Assembly (NCBI GenBank): GCA_030704615.1
Contig: CM060731.1
Span: 7,564,001 to 7,628,000, forward strand
Direction: 5' to 3'
Length of the DNA: 64,000 bases
Source: Takakia lepidozioides
Taxonomy: Eukaryota; Plantae; Bryophyta
Shown piece after piece: positions 46,239 through 59,784 of this stretch. The translations under genes were made by a program, and so were the position numbers. Below the pieces are notes generated by a model. It was not told where the DNA came from, made no database searches, and saw only the letters and a program-made list of their open reading frames with translations. The stretch's first letter is position 1; each line of letters opens with the position of its first letter.

Positions 46239-49200
46239 ATGGATACAGAGATAGACTTAATATTACAATTTCAGGATTTGCATCGTGTACATGATTACCA
46301 TTATGTTGTTGGAGACTGTTTATTTGATTCGGTTGCTATTTGCTGCATTATGAAATATCATCTACAGATCTCCGTCGTCAAACCATGAAACATTTTATGC
46401 AAACTTTACAATTGCCCACTGATGAGGTGGCCGAAATGATTCAAATCCACTTTTCTTCGGATGCCCTCTATGAATTACATGGTGTTCGCACAATTGATGA
46501 ATTTGTTCAACAAATGTCCCAAAGTGTTGTTTGTGAGGTTTAGAAGGTGATAATCGTGCCATTTTTTGTTTAGCAAATTATTTACAAAGACCCATTCGGT
46601 TATGGTCTCGAGTAAATAAAAGAATAATATTTTCTGTGGGTGATCAATTTGTTGTGCATACCCCTCTCCAACTACTTTATGACGATAGACACGCTACGAA
46701 GAGTGGACACTTTGAACCTATTATTTTAAAAAGAACTCATTGCACTTCAAATGTTATGCCGTCGACCTCGATTTCAAATTCTCAATCGCTTTCGATTTCG
46801 GGATTTGCAACATCGGTACAACCTCTTTGATATCACAACATGTCACTAAAAAAAGGGGTCGACAACAAAATGATATTATGAACAACACCAATGTAACCCC
46901 GAAAACACCTCGTTTTCAATGGCTACCAACTCATGATGAACACATGTTCAATTTGATGGTCGAGTTTCTGTCGTCCACTCTCAAAGACATAGCGCAGATC
47001 TTCTCCCGTCATCATGCAACTTTGAATCTCACATTTACTCAAATTTATTCTCATTTGCGACGAATATATATATATATATAGCAAAACAAAATACACCGCA
47101 AATTGATTCTCCCATTGCTCCTGATAGTTCAGTCCAACCAATACCTCTTCATTCATTGCATCATTCCAACAATAATCCCATTGAAATTCATGTCAACTCT
47201 GCTCATCGCAGTACATACATAGAAAAAAAATTGTTAAAAAAATTAGCCGTGTATATTCCTATTGTAACAACGGAACAAAATCATGGACAAATGTTTATAT
47301 GTCGAAGTTGTAAATTAATGCTTGACCACGATAAATCTCCTAAATTTGTAGTTCCTAACATAATTCATCTAAATGCTCATATTAATAATGTTCAAAACCT
47401 CAATGCGCTTGAGGAAAGATTAATTGCACCACGTATGGCATTTGCCCAAATATATCAATTGCAAGGTTATGGCCAATACGGTATACGTGGTAGCATTATA
47501 AATGTTCCATCAAATGTTAACAATACACAATCAGTTTTACCTCGCATGTTGAATGACGATACTACCATTGGAGTACTTTTAAAACGTCGTCTGGAATATA
47601 AATCTCCATATTTATCAGGAACTGTTCGTCCCAATTTTATTATATTGGCTTTACATGATCTTGTTACTACTCCATTATACATAGAAGCTAATGTTACCAT
47701 TCGACCACAATGGTTAGGATTATTTGCAATGTCCCATCAAACAGAACAAAATTATATAAAATATCGATGAACCATTAGAAGAATTTAATGAAATATCTCA
47801 AGATGAGTTTGGGGAAATTGTTGAAAATACTACTAGCGATACTCTGGTACAAAATATCCTCAATACTCATAGTGAAGAATTGAATTTTCCTACTTTGTTT
47901 TTTGGACATCCTCGATCAAACACTAGTTCATTGTTTTATCAAGCCATTGCACAATGGGAACTATTACATAAAGATCATGATTTCGCGAGACATATTCCAA
48001 ATCTTTTTTTTTAAGCTATCAAAGTATTAATTCATGGCGTTACATCATCTTCATGGATTCATATTCGTAAAGGTAAACTTCTTGGTAGACAATTGAAAGC
48101 GGGCGAACTTACTGAAAAACCAAATTTAGATAAATTATTACGTTCGGATCTAGGCTATAGGGATTTGGAAAGATTACGAACATCGCCAGATTATTTGGCT
48201 CGTCTTCGGAAACAGGCCTTTGCAATGATTCGACAACTAGGACCACCAACTTTCTTTGTCACATTTACAAGTGCAGAAAGTAAATGACCATCTTTACTGC
48301 AAACCATCCATTTGCTCAATCATAAAAAATTGGGAATTCCAAATGACATTCAAAATTTGGAAAGTAAACACGTTGCTGAATTGGTAAGATCGGATCCCGT
48401 TACATGTGCTCGATCATCGAATGGGTGCATTTAGACATGTATTTATGAAAGATCATACCATTTTTGGAACACTCCGTGATTTCTTCTTTGTAACGGAATT
48501 TCAAAGCCAAGGCAGTGAGCATGATCATGGTATGTTATGGATAGCTAATGCACCAATTTACAGGGTTGATAAAAATGATATAATTGAACGATTAGTAGAT
48601 AAATATATAACATCCGATAGTAATGTTCTTCCACCCATTCTACGTGAAGCTCAAACCCATCGGCACAAACGAACATGCAGGAAAAAGAATCAAGCTATAT
48701 GTTGTTTTCATTATCCATTGCCCCCAATGAATTCTACCACAATTTTGGAACCTTTAACAGAACAATTAAACAAACAAGAATTGATGCATTTGAATCAAAT
48801 ATCAACTGTAATATTTACTGAGTTGGACAAAATGTTACATATTGATGAAAAAACATATATAGCTGCTTTACGTAGTAGATTACACAAACCAACTTTATTT
48901 TTAAAAAGAGCATGTAAAGACATTCGCACAAACGCATTCAGCATACATGCGGGTCCACTGTGGCAAGCTAATACTGATGCACAGTATATTCTTGATCCTT
49001 ATGCGGCAGCTAGTTATTGTACATCTTATCTAACTAAAATAGATAAAATTATTACTAATGAATTTCGCACAATCATACAAAAATGTAATTCAGAACAAAT
49101 TGATGCAAATGTCAGAAGCCGTAAAATGGGAAATGTTTTCCTAAATGCACAACAGATGTCTGCTCAATTGGCTGCATATATTGTGTTATCCATACCACTA

Positions 49201-52036
49201 TATCATGCATCAAGAACTTTCAAATTCATAAATAAATCATCTCCGCAAGAACGTGCATTTGTATTGAAATCCGATAAAGATTTACGAGGTCTTCCACCCG
49301 AGTCCACAGATATTAAATGTTCATCTGCTATTGACAAATATATTGAGCGACCAACTACATTAGATCACTTGAGTCTTAGTGAATATATAGCAGATTATAA
49401 TATAGATAGAAGTAATATAAAACCGCGGCAAAAATCCCATATTATTAGATATGTGCACTATAACGAACATCGCGATTCCGAGAACTATTATCGAGAACAA
49501 CTTTTACTTTTTCATCCATTTGTGGGAAGCGCAGAATCACAAAAAGGCGACCATGAAACATGGTATGATGCTTATTTGGTTCATAAACCAACTATATTGA
49601 TGAAACGTGACAAATTCATATATAAGTTCCTAACAGAAAACACTACTATCTCAAATTGGAATACATTAGAGACAAAAGCACACGAATTAGCAAAAACCAA
49701 CAATCTTAGTATATGGATGGACAAGTTCATTGATGTTGATATAGAACCAAACGTTTTTGAGTCTTTGACAGATTGCACAAGGATTGAAACATATGACATA
49801 TCAACAGAATTCCATTTGCGTCCTGAAATTGGATTGTCAACAACAATACCGGAGGCAAACATATCTACAACACCTGACAACATTATTCCTAATAAACAAT
49901 TTTATGAACAATTGCGAAAGCTTAATCCAGAACAACGTGCAATTTCGATGACTGCATACACTGAAAACAGATGTTTTCTGACAAACCCTTGCATTTGTTT
50001 CTAACTGGGGGAGCAGGAACTGGAAAAACGTTTACTTTACTTATTATTATCCAAGGTCTAGCTTAGATTTTATAATAAACATCCACAATCTGACCCACTT
50101 AAGAAAAAAGCAATTCTTATGGCTTACACTGGCAAAGCAGCCTTCAATATTGATGGAACAACCATTCATTCTGGGCTAAGCATACCTCTTAATTGCAAAG
50201 ATTTGCCTTCACTCGGATCAGAACGACTGGACACGTTGGTAAAATCATTTGATCAACTACAATTTATGGTGTTAGATGAAGTGTCTCTTGTGGGTAACAT
50301 GATGCTTACGTTTATTGATCAATGACTACGATCAATTAAACAAATTCATGATACTTTCTTTGGTAATATTGATATTATTATTACTAGAGATTTTTATCAG
50401 GCACCGCCAGTAAGAGATTCGTGGGTTTTTAAGAAAAAACTCGTCCTGATGCTTTAGTTCCCGGTTTTTGGCAGGACTGTGTTAAATGTTACGAACTTAC
50501 TCAAGTAATGCGTCAATCAGATAATGAATTTATTGGCATACTCAATCGACTACGAACATCAACAGCAACCCAACACGATATTAATATTCTAAATCAACAA
50601 TGTTGTCGCCCTCCACCAAACAATCCAACATTTCCACATTTATATTATACCAACAAAAATATGTTAATTCATAATCACAAAACATTCGAGCAAACTAAAG
50701 GATCTGTATATATTTTTGAAGCTGTTGACAAACACCATGATACATGTCCATCTACTTTTAAGCTCTTGGACAATGCAGCCAACATGGCCGGCTTACATAC
50801 AACAATTCATGTTAAAAAAGAGATGTTAATTGAATTATGTGCAGGAAATTATGCAACTCATGATGGTCTAGTAAATGGGGCGGACGGTATATTTAAACAT
50901 ACTTCCGTGTTAACAAATTCAACCCCTTTAATATGGATACAATTTAACAATCCAAAATCTGGTGTTGCTACACGTGCAAAAAATATTCACTTATATAACT
51001 CAACAATAGATAAGTTATGGACTCCAATTCAACCAATTTCTAAAGAGATTCAAATAGTATCAAATACTTCACATATAATTACTAGAACCCAATTTCCTAT
51101 TCAATTAGCAGCCGCTCGAACAATCCATCGTTCTCAAGGCTTAACTTTGGACTATCTAGCATTCGATCCTACAGGGGTATATAAACATGGTTTAAGTTAT
51201 ACAGCTCTGTCACGCATACGTAACAAAGAAAACTTATACCTCTTAGCAAATTTGCAATTGAAAATTTTTCATGTTGACAATGGGGTTGCCGAGGAGATGC
51301 AACGTCTACATACAAGCGCACGATGGAAGTTACTCGTTCCAACTTTGCACATATACAAACAATCACATGTAATTATACAGCACTTGAATACAAGATCATT
51401 GTTATTACATAAAGAAGATGTTTTTGCAGACCACAACTTACAAACGGCTCATATTTTATGTTTTAGTGAAACGCACTTCAAACCTAATTCCAATATAAAT
51501 CTGTTTATGGATTCCACAAAATATTCATATATCGCTGTACATGGTAGTCATGGCACCATGATGTTATATGACACAACAATGTCCTTAGTATCTCATGAAG
51601 TGTTTTCATTCTCCGGTGCTGAATATATAATGGCCACTTTCAATAAAAATACAAGAAGAGCTATTCATGTAGTTACTATTTACAAACCTCCATCACTTTC
51701 GATATCTATATTTTTGTCTCAACTACAAACAATTCTTCATAAAATACCACATTTTTGTCCCACCATTATTATAGGGGATTTCAATATAAATATATTAGAA
51801 AAGATTCAACCATGTCAAAACAATTGCTACAATTCATGAGGATGTTCAATATGACACTTCAATTCATGAAAACTACTACAATATATGGTTCACAGTTGGA
51901 CCATATTTGGACAAATACACCTAACCAACAATGTATATCAGGAGTTACAGAGGCATATTGGACAGATCACAAACCCATATATATAGCTTTCAAACTACCA
52001 AACCATGTTGTTAAATATCATCATTCTACAATATAG
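46239..52036 (+). mobile_element. Helentron/Helitron2-type RepHel polyprotein: OTU - DUF6570-like - Rep (HUH/Y2) - Pif1 helicase - AP endonuclease; disrupted by stops and frameshifts
   Basis: GDCLFDSVA...LQRPIRLW...GHFEP (OTU); ICRSCK, LNALEERLIAPR..F, GQYGIRGSIINVP; AMIRQLGPPTFFVTFTSAE; EFQSQGSEHDH; YCTSYLTK; GGAGTGKT; DEVS; QFPIQLAAARTIHRSQGLTLD; HLNTRSL, FSETH, IYKPP, IGDFN, LDHIW, TDHKP. Confidence 0.93.
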
Positions 52037-52998
52037 CATGTAAAATACTTCGTTACACACTCCACATTGGAGGGTGGAGCCATTACGTGTCTAGCTGCTT
52101 GTTTTTCAACATGAAGCCCATATCTCATTTTGTATATATTGATGCATGTGTTATGATTTGCTGGTTGTTTGCTATATCTTATTATTATTATTATTATTTA
52201 AAAAATAATTCTAAATTAAGAATATTAAGAATATTTTATCAAACAGCCACTGGCTTTCGGGGTGTTATCCCATTCATTTATAAGAATATAATATAGTAAT
52301 AATAATAATAATATGATTATTATTGTTACTATTTATGTTATTACACTACTTTTCGTCCAATAGAAACACAACACTGGATGTGACAGTGTTTATACCTATG
52401 TTATTAAGTTCACACCCTGATTGGAAATAATTACACGTGTCATATTACCTTTGCTCCACGTATTAGTTGGATGTCAACAAGTTATATAGAGGCCCCAGGG
52501 CTACCACTTATGGAGGAAACACTTATAGACTATATTACAGTTGATCGATTGGTCCTATATTGAGTTTGCTTTTGTTTCATTAATTTCTCTGAGATTACTA
52601 ACAAATGATGGAGGACGATTCCCTCCAATTCCAAATCAATGTTGAAAATAAACATCAATCTAAGTTCTATCATATCTGGCACTTATGAATTTTGACATCC
52701 ATCAACTTATCTTGCAATTTTGGTACTTAATATGGCTTGAACCACCATTGTGTGGGTATATAGTTTTAGCCATACCCTCCAGGTCGGGTAACACGTTGTA
52801 GAACTAAAAAATATATACCCTCTGGGTCAGAGTGTTTTCTTAAATTTGATATAGATATATCATCGGGATAGGGTAAATACCAAGGTTGGACTGGTATCAA
52901 GTTTTTTACATACAAGTCTGGTCCTCGTACCAGACGTATCACAAAACTTTCATACCAGTCTGGTCTATATAATGGTGGATGTATAAGTTTAAGGTAGG

Positions 52999-55387
52999 TT
53001 ATCTCTCAATCTTGCGTTCAGCCAGCATGCGGCGGCGTTTGCCATGTTCATCTTCCCGGGAACGTGCACGCTCTTCCTCCTCCACCCGGAGCAGCTTATC
53101 TCGTGGCACCCGCACAGCTGCCCTGTCTCTCTCCCAATCCTTCTCCTTCTCTCGCTCTCTTTCCCGTGGCTCCCGGTATGCCTCTCGCTCCCCAACTCGA
53201 TGTCTTTCACGATCCCATTCACTCTCTCTATCTACAACCCTTTCCTCACGACGCCTCCGCTCTGCTGCTGCCCATTCCCCCTCCACTACCCTTTCTCGAG
53301 GACCCATCCTCCCTCCCAACTCAGCACCATAGCCAAAGTCAGGGCCACTCATGTCATCTGCATACACACCTTCCCGCATTCGTCTTTCGTGCTCTTCTGC
53401 ACCCCACCCTGGCATTCCCACTTCTCCCCATCCTGCTGGGGGCCCCTCCATACCCCCTCCGGGTCCCATACTGGGACCATTCCCATTGGCCCTCCCAAAG
53501 AAAGCTGGGTTCACATGGGGGGCCACCCCGGGCAAACCTGGGCCCATTGGAAGGCCCATTGGTGGACCCATTGGAGGTCCAAAGCCTGGCCCCCGAGGTC
53601 CAAAGCCTCCTCCTCCTCCAGGTCCCATACCATAGCCGCCTCCCCGGGACATGGGAGGTCCAAAGCCAGGATCAAATCCCTGCCCCATCATTCCTTGAGG
53701 TGGCATCATATTTCCGGGTGGACCTCCCATGGGGCCACCAGGACCACCAAAAGGGCCCATTCCTCGGGCACGCCCTCTGCTTGAATTCTGATTCCCTCTC
53801 CCACGGTCCATCCCTCCTGGACCACGGCCCGGTTTGGTGTAACCTCGGCCAATGTCTCCACTCTGCCCTGCTACCGAGCCCTTGCCACCCTCCCCCATCT
53901 TCTTGCCTTGCATTTCCCCTCGGCTTTGTCCTGCGGCTTGGCTCTTTCCAACTTGCGCAGCACCCATCTGCTTGATAGTGTGTGGGGATGCAAATGCAAC
54001 CACGCATGCTCGACCATTAAACACATGCCCATCCATTTTCTCCTTGCACACTCGTGCTGCTTGGCTATCATAAAATTCCACCTGGCAGTAGCCCTTGGAC
54101 TTGCCACTGGCCTTCTCCTCGAAAAACTTGAGGTTTTTGATGCGCCCGTAGTCTGAGAGGGCTGCCTCTAGTTCGGCATCAGTGGTCCACCATTGAAGCT
54201 CGCCAACAAACAACATCATGCCCCCATTCTCTGTAACCTGTGCACCATGCTTCGCCATATACTCCACAGCCACATTGCTGTTGGCCCCACCTCCCACATT
54301 GCCACCAATTCCAATAGATCCACCTGTGAAAGAATTTCTCCTTAGCAAAGACTTCTCCAAACATAAATGGTTTAACAGGAAAGATGAATGCTGGCTCAGA
54401 AAGTGCTCCCCCAAAATCCAAAGAATTGGTGCCAGATAAAGCACCTGATCCTTATAAATGTGAAGCCCAGGTATTCAACATTCAGCAGATGTAAAAAAGA
54501 AACAACTTTGAACCCTACAGCGATTTGGAATACACCTTGCAGAAAAATATCCGGAACCCAAGGCCCAAACCACACTCTTTGAGAGAAGTAGAACACTAAC
54601 CTGAGGTGCCTGCTGGCGGCGCCCACCCCGATCCTGTACCTTCGACAACGGTGCGAACCCCTCGCCCAACCCCTGTATCGTTCCCAGCTATCCCATTGCT
54701 TCCTCCTCCTGGTGGCCCACCGCCCTTACCAGTTCTGTCTTTCAACGACGAAGAGGGCCTCCCAGGTTGAACATGAGTGGAAGGCCCCTGGTCGGCCACT
54801 ACCTTGGGTTTCAAGATAGAAAGGGTACCTCGATCCACGTCCATCGCTCCAAAATCTCTCTCTTGCCTAACCCTTGCCCCAACACCAGAACTGTTATACT
54901 CTGGTTGGCCATACTCCATAGCCTCCTCTTGAACCTGGGGCGCCCGAACCGGCCTCCCAGGCTGAAACTCATCTTCTCTACCTTCCTCTTTGGGCCTGAC
55001 CCCTGCACCATACGCCTGCTGTGGTCCTCTGTCACCTTCCTCCTTCACCCTCGCGATATCAGGCGGTCCACTCTCCCGAAATGTCTGCTCGCCCGCATCC
55101 TCAACAATGGCATAATCATCATCTCCCCCAGAATCAATATCCGCATACCCTTGCCCCCCGTTCTGGGCTGTGCCGAAGGCAGGTGCTATCCTGGAAGCAG
55201 CTTGAGGTGGTGGAAACAGCCCAACATTGACATCCCCATACAGATCCTCATAATCCTCTTCCTCCAGCTCCTCCTCCGCCAACGCCGCTATGGCAGTGTG
55301 ACCACTGCCGCCCGTCCGCCCTCCTGTTTCCAGCACGTCCTCATCCTCGTAGTCAAGTTCATCCTCTCCATTGTCCACAAAGGCCAT
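52999..55387 (-). CDS. CPSF6: Cleavage and polyadenylation specificity factor subunit 6 (CFIm68-like) RRM protein; exons 55387-54601 and 54323-52999, 703 aa
   Basis: Acidic N-terminus with DLYGDVNVG; RRM LFVGELQWWTTDAELE...FFEEKASGKSKGYCQVEF; APHVNPAFF; Gly/Pro-rich middle; RE/RD-rich tail. Phase-1 GT-AG intron 54600-54324 restores the frame. Possible 5' UTR intron acceptor near 55400. Confidence 0.92.
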
Positions 55388-55869
55388 CACACCCCAATTC
55401 TACAGTCGATCAAGAAACAGATCAATCCCCCGATGCTCACACAGAGATCAAATCCATCGGATGCCTGATCCACATCCCTGCCCCTTCCTGCTCCCCATCC
55501 ACCATCACTACTCTAACCTATTCCGCACAAAATTCAAAGGCAGACTCCGGCAACCTAAAAAACATCAAAATCAAGCTTTTCTTTCTTCCAAAACCTCCCA
55601 CTTCTGCAAAATCTGTCACCAACCCTCAAAGAACGAAATTTCGCAAGCCCAACCTAACGTGTCAGCCGGCACCCAGCGACGACAGAGCGGGTGAGACAAC
55701 GCAAGTCTCAGTCAAAAAACAGAGCGACACACTCTCTCTCTGCACCCACGCCCTCCTCCACAGTAACGGTAGGCTCCCTCTCCGTCCATCGGTCGACCGA
55801 CAAATATTGAAACATGTTATCAGAGACCGCCGGACGGCGTCTCCGAATTCTAGGTCGCCGTTACCACGT

Positions 55870-56744
55870 TTCTTTTTATCTTTTTATCTTTTTATCTTCT
55901 TTTTTTTTTCTTTTTTTAAAACGGAGAGCAGGGGCCTTTTAATCAAATTAAAGGTTCACATTAAGGTTCCACGAGGGAGGCCGTAGAGGCTCACTGAGGG
56001 GGAACTTCCCCGTGACCAAGCATACTAGCTAAGAACAAATGAAGTGCAGTAGTGCATGAGGAGAGATTAAGCAAGTGAGCCTAAAGAGCAAGGCTGATAA
56101 GCAGCCATGGAGAAAGATAACACTGAGTACAGCTGCCTGGTGGCAAAAGTAGTACCCAAGTCTGGAGCAGGGGAAAAGTTTGAGAAAAGATTCTTTGAGC
56201 TACGTGCTAAAAACGCAGCTGAGTCTTAGACTTGGCAACTTGAGGCTTATTGTGCCTCCAGTTGAAGTCCACATCGTCCCCATCACCAAGGGATATCCCA
56301 TGAATTTGGAGTGGAGACTTTCCAGCAGTACCGCATGTTGGGAAGACTGGTTCCGAGAATGTCATTTTTACCCCAGGACTGTTGAAAACTAATGATGAGC
56401 CACGTTGTTCTGAAGATCTGGAAACAGTTGCACACAACATATCCCAAGCCTTCCTTCCCTCAGTAAGCAGGTTTTGATACATGCAAAAAAACACAGACCT
56501 GCCCCTGGGGGGTCTCCCTTAAAAAACAAGAGCACATCTAACCTTCCAGAGGTTCCATAAGGTTAAAGCTCTTAGACTTGCCCACACAGGGCAAACTGAT
56601 GGCACGTGAGCAGGCAAGAAATTCAAGAGCAGAAGAGAGGAGGGGGCTGGGGATGGAAAAGACTCCCAACATGAGTAAAAGTGTAACACAGCTCTCCAAA
56701 CTCTAGCAGGGAAGGGGCAGTCTGTTAGGCAGTGCTCGATGGAC
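55870..56744 (-). mobile_element. L1/Tx1-type LINE 3' end (zf-RVT region plus A-rich tail), cut by A3
   Basis: SIEHCLTDCPFPARVW...LWNLWKVRCALVF; T-rich run on the + strand at about 55870-55917 corresponds to a poly(A)-like tail. Confidence 0.75.
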
Positions 56745-58552
56745 TGTCGCGGCCCTTTGCCTTGAGGGCAGGGGGTCGGGACACATGAGGGGCTGCCCCT
56801 GTGGTGGGGGCAGTGGCAGCGATAGGTACGGGGGGCTGAAGCACCCTTGAGTGCCCAAGGCACTCAAGGAGGCGGAGGTGCTCACTAGGTGGAGCCCCGC
56901 ACACCAGGATGCGGTGGGCGTGGCTTCACAAAGGGGTGGTGGTAGCTTAGCGGGACTTAGTGGGGGTGGCATAGGACTCACCTTGGGGCGGAGACCTCGT
57001 GGTGGGGAGTCTTGGGACTCATCATGGTCCATAGGGGCCGTGGTGGGTGGGCCAAGACTCACCGCGACTCATCACCGGGAGTCGAGGGTTTTCGTGGTGG
57101 TTCGCCATAAAATGGCATGGTTGTTTGTGAAACCCCCGCGGACAGCTACAGAAGTATATATAGGGAGTAGTAACCCCGAGAACGGTGCAAGCCTGTTGGT
57201 GACCAAAAACTAGTGAGTAAGCGAGCGAGCCAGAAAGCGACCAAAGAGTGGGGAGTTGTTCCGGACTGCCAACTACCAAAGGGAATTCCCGCTGGGCCCA
57301 AATCGGTGGAGGGTTCTTTGGGAGATCAAAGGGGGACCGTTATGCCCCGGTGAGCAGCCGAAGCTCCAAGTTGGCCCGAGCGGCCAGGTTACGAGTTAGG
57401 CACGCGCATCAAAGTGAGTAACTATGACTTGAAGGGGAGCTTACCGAAGTGAGGTGCGTGACACTTGGTATTAGAGCTTAGAGTTCAGTACGTGATCGTC
57501 CTTGGGATTGGCCTCATCATGGGGTCGGGCAAGCCAAAGCGAAAGCGGAACGGCCCAAAAGATGATGATCCTGGTGAGCCCGATGGGGGCGACGTGTCAC
57601 CGAGGCGGCCGTTTGAGGAAGCGATGCATGTTTCCGAAAACGAGGCCGCTCAAGAGTGGGAGGAATCCGAGGAGTCGAAGCCCGAGGAATCCTTGAGAGC
57701 TCCGACAAACCAAGAGATGCCTCCCATGTCGGCAGCCTTTTGGGAAGGGTTGTTGGCGCAGTTTGGCGGGACGTTGAAAGACGTGTTGAAGGCGGCTAAT
57801 GCCACTTCCACTAAGGCAAAGTTTAAGGTGAAGCCTAAGGAACCCGACACCTTCAAGGGCGTCCGAAATCGGAAGGCACTCAACACCTGGCTCCTAGAGC
57901 TAGAGCAGTACTTCCGGGCGGCCAAGTTGAGTGACGAGGAACGGGTGGAAGTGGCTCCCACCTATTTGAGGGGCTATGCTCAACAATGGTGGCAGAAACG
58001 CCTTCACGACAGAGGTCCAAGCCCGGAAACCTTGAACTTGAGTGGGTTCAAAGAATTGATGAAGAGACAGTTTGTGCCCCTCAACGCGTCATGGCTTGCC
58101 CGGGACAAGATGAGGAATTTGAAGCAAACAGATGACATTCGGGGGTATGTCCAGGCTTTCAATGTGCTGTTGCTCGAAGTCGCGGACATGGCAGAACCAG
58201 AAATGGTCTTCAACTTTGTGGCGGGACTGGCCCCATGGGCCAGGCGGAAGTTGGAGGAGAAGCCACCCAAGACTTTGAACGAGGCAATTGAGAGGGCTGA
58301 ATGTTTCTCGGATGTCCCTAGGGGTGAGAGACAAGGCCGTACGGAGCTGAACCACAAGAAGACCCGGCGGGAAGGTGACTCCTTCCGACCGGAAAAGAAG
58401 TGGGATAGGCTACGCGGCGACAATGGCACGTGGAAATCGAAGGGAGGGCCTTCACACGTCAAGGCGGCACCCGGTGCTTCGAAAGGAAAAGCGGGTGGAG
58501 CGGCTTATGGCGGACAGAAGGTGACCTTTGATGGAGTGTGTTTCAATTGCGG
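56745..58552 (+). mobile_element. gag: Family A copy A3: 5' LTR (56745-57463), PBS (57466-57477) and gag, truncated within the zinc knuckle
   Basis: LTR homologous to A1/A2; gag from the ATG at 57519 is open up to CFNCG, followed by unrelated sequence. Confidence 0.93.
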
Positions 58553-58627
58553 AATTGTGTTGTCTTCTAAGTTATCTCTACATATGAACGGGAGTTCATG
58601 AAACGCTTAAATGGGACTTTACCCTGC

Positions 58628-59696
58628 CATCACCAACTCCTTCCGGTACTTCTCAAGGAACCCACTCATTTGGTTGATTCTCTCACGCTTCTTCGAAAGG
58701 TTTCCCAACTCGAGGTCCCCTCGCATGCTTTTTTTTTTTACGTTTGACGTGGAATCTCTATATCCCAGCATCATCACCGAGCTCGGCTTGTATGAGCTCG
58801 AATGTGCAATTGGAGGTAATTTCACCAAACACAAAAAAGACCTGATCATGACCCTCGCTGGATTAGTCTTGAAACACCATTACCTTGAGTTCAATGGTAG
58901 TTTTTGGCACCAAATTTGCGGGACGGCCATGGGGAGCAACTTTGCAGTTGTTTACGCTTGTTTGTTCCTCTGTCGGTTGGAGATGTACATGGAGTACGTG
59001 TGCCCATCGGAGCAAGAGCTGCTTTATCTTAAGCGCTATATCGACGACGGCTTTGGCATCTGGGTAGGCTCCGAAAAGAGCCTCCGGTCCTGGTTACGGA
59101 ACTACGGTTCCATGTTCGATGGCATCAAAATCACGGCCGCCATAAGCCCGACGTCCGCCGACATCTTGGATATCACCTTCCTCAAAGGAGACGACTTCAT
59201 CCAAACTCGACGGCTCTCTACTAGATGTCATCAAAAGGCCCATAGCAAGTATCAATACTTGCCTTGGTCCTCGTGGCATCCACATCACCAAAAGAAAGCT
59301 TTCGTCATCGGCGAGCTCCAACGGTACGTAATACGAGAAAGCACCATCCAAGGGTTCAACCATTTGCGACTTTTGTTTTACAAACGTCTTCGAGCCCGAG
59401 GTTATCCGGCGGTGTTCATCCGGAGTTGCTTCACCAAGATCTCCTACGACCTCAGATCCGCTCTACTCGACCAACAGACGCAATGCGCAATTGAGGGTAA
59501 ACGGGCCCCCCTTGTTCTTAAGCTCGACTACTCTTCGTACACTCGAGCCTTGAACTTGGGGGCCACCCTAAACCCTAGACTCCACGAGTTGCTTCAGCAA
59601 GTCCTGGAGCTTCGGTTTCTTCCTCGAGCGATGATTTGTTGGAGGAATCCGCGAAAACTGAGTTCATTCCTAGTTAAATCTAGAATGATAGGATGA
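58628..59696 (+). mobile_element. Penelope-like element reverse transcriptase (core plus thumb), 5'-truncated, no C-terminal GIY-YIG
   Basis: HHQLLPVLLKEPTHLVDSLTLL-(frameshift in the T run near 58730)-TFDVESLYPSI, FNGSFWHQICGTAMGSNFA, RYIDDGFGIW, ILDI, YLPWSSWHP, FVIGELQRY, RLRARGYP, NPRKLSSFLV, then stop. Confidence 0.88.
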
Positions 59697-59784
59697 TTTT
59701 GTAGTGCAAATGTCCCTAGCATTATTAATTTTGCCTTATGTTAAAGTCAAAGGGTTCCAACAATTAATTTGGACCATTGACTTA

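Noticed and set aside
52370-52390. AACACTG...CAGTGTT hairpin as the Helentron 3' end
   Set aside because: AT-rich, and no matching subterminal inverted repeat was found at the 5' side.
53044-53975. Long + strand ORFs (246 and 303 aa)
   Set aside because: Antisense shadows of the Gly/Pro-rich CPSF6 exon.
54324-54444. N-terminus of the 481-aa ORF (MLYLAPILW...)
   Set aside because: Intron read-through; the true exon starts at 54323.
57465-59696. Programmed gag-to-PLE-RT fusion protein
   Set aside because: The gag frame stops at 58601 and the RT is 5'-truncated and in another frame; more consistent with a rearrangement junction.
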